Positions 63,652 to 64,000 of a stretch of 64,000 nt of DNA are shown here, piece after piece (the first letter of the stretch is position 1; every line of letters begins with the position of its first letter). Position numbers and translations under genes: made by a program. The stretch spans positions 11,099 through 75,098 of the forward strand of contig JALXBF010000138.1 of NCBI GenBank assembly GCA_026991575.1, in the 5' to 3' direction. The notes beneath the pieces are model-generated. The model was not told where the DNA came from and did not search any database. It was given only the letters and a program-made list of their open reading frames with translations. Source of the stretch: Planctomycetota bacterium (lineage in GTDB: Bacteria; Planctomycetota; Planctomycetia; JALXBF01).

Positions 63652-64000
63652 ATGAGTCCGGAGCGCAGATCGGACAGCGAGGGACCGGTGCTGGGTGCCC
63701 AGGTGAAGTTGTTGAGAGAGCGGCTTTGCGACGCACCGGTCGGTGCCTGGATGCACCCCTGCCCGTACTTGCCCGGCCGGATCTCCTTTCAGATAGGCAC
63801 CGACTGCACCGACGCTATGTCTGCATGGGATTACCAGGTCCTGCTGGAGCATAACTTCCGGCGATCTGGTCCGTTGGTCTACACAGTAGGGTGTGATGGC
63901 TGTGTGGAGTGCCGGAGCCTGAGGGTTCGTGCCGATGAGTTTCAGCCGTCTCGCACCCAACGCCGCTGCTGGCGCCGTAACGCGGACCTTTCGATTCGCA
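63652..64000 (+). CDS. arginyl/leucyl-tRNA--protein transferase family (Ate1/Bpt-like), N-terminal part; continues past window end
   Basis: The translation from ATG 63652 contains ...HPCPYLPGRISFQIGTD...AWDYQVLLEHNFRRSGPLVYTVGCDGCVECRSLRVRADEFQPSRTQRRCWRRN. This matches the conserved C-Y-L-P-G / G-F-RRSG / C-x2-C / RRN pattern of ATE/Bpt N-terminal domains. Not in the ORF track because there is no stop in the window. Confidence 0.45.
   Translation, partial: MSPERRSDSEGPVLGAQVKLLRERLCDAPVGAWMHPCPYLPGRISFQIGTDCTDAMSAWDYQVLLEHNFRRSGPLVYTVGCDGCVECRSLRVRADEFQPSRTQRRCWRRNADLSIR

Overview
This is a roughly 64 kb, very GC-rich (about 65-68% by eye), gene-dense chromosomal segment. The high GC throws up many long spurious antisense ORFs.

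Taxonomy: gene content points to a Planctomycetota-type genome.
- A DUF1559/H-X9-DG protein carries a prepilin-type N-terminal methylation motif.
- A porin-like outer-membrane beta-barrel ends in an aromatic residue.
- A secreted beta-helix protein has the RxLxLExLExRxLLS leader.
- There are several FHA-domain proteins.
- The dcw fragment is rsmH-lysM-ftsL-ftsI with no mraZ, mur genes or ftsZ.

Content: mostly housekeeping and envelope genes.
- DNA maintenance and housekeeping: uvrB, nadC, ligA, queA, folC, polX, ndk, cysK, sodC.
- Envelope: ugd and a lipid A block (skp-lpxC-lpxA-Gfo/Idh/MocA).
- Transport: an MMPL transporter, a ZnuAB-like metal uptake locus, an ABC exporter-like protein with a degenerate nucleotide-binding domain, and an ABC-2 permease.
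- Envelope-associated peptidases/chaperone: an S41 protease, an M28 peptidase and a J-domain protein.

No rRNA, tRNA, CRISPR, transposase or phage genes were recognised.

Flagged for follow-up:
- Two ORF-poor intergenic regions bounded by intrinsic terminators (12.2-12.9 kb and 36.8-37.35 kb) are candidate sRNA or leader elements.
- An FHA-associated secreted-protein/OPX cluster.
- The inactive-NBD ABC pair.
- A LysM protein embedded in the dcw cluster.
- A metal-uptake operon lacking an ATPase.

All calls are from motif-level reading of the supplied translations. No database searches were run.
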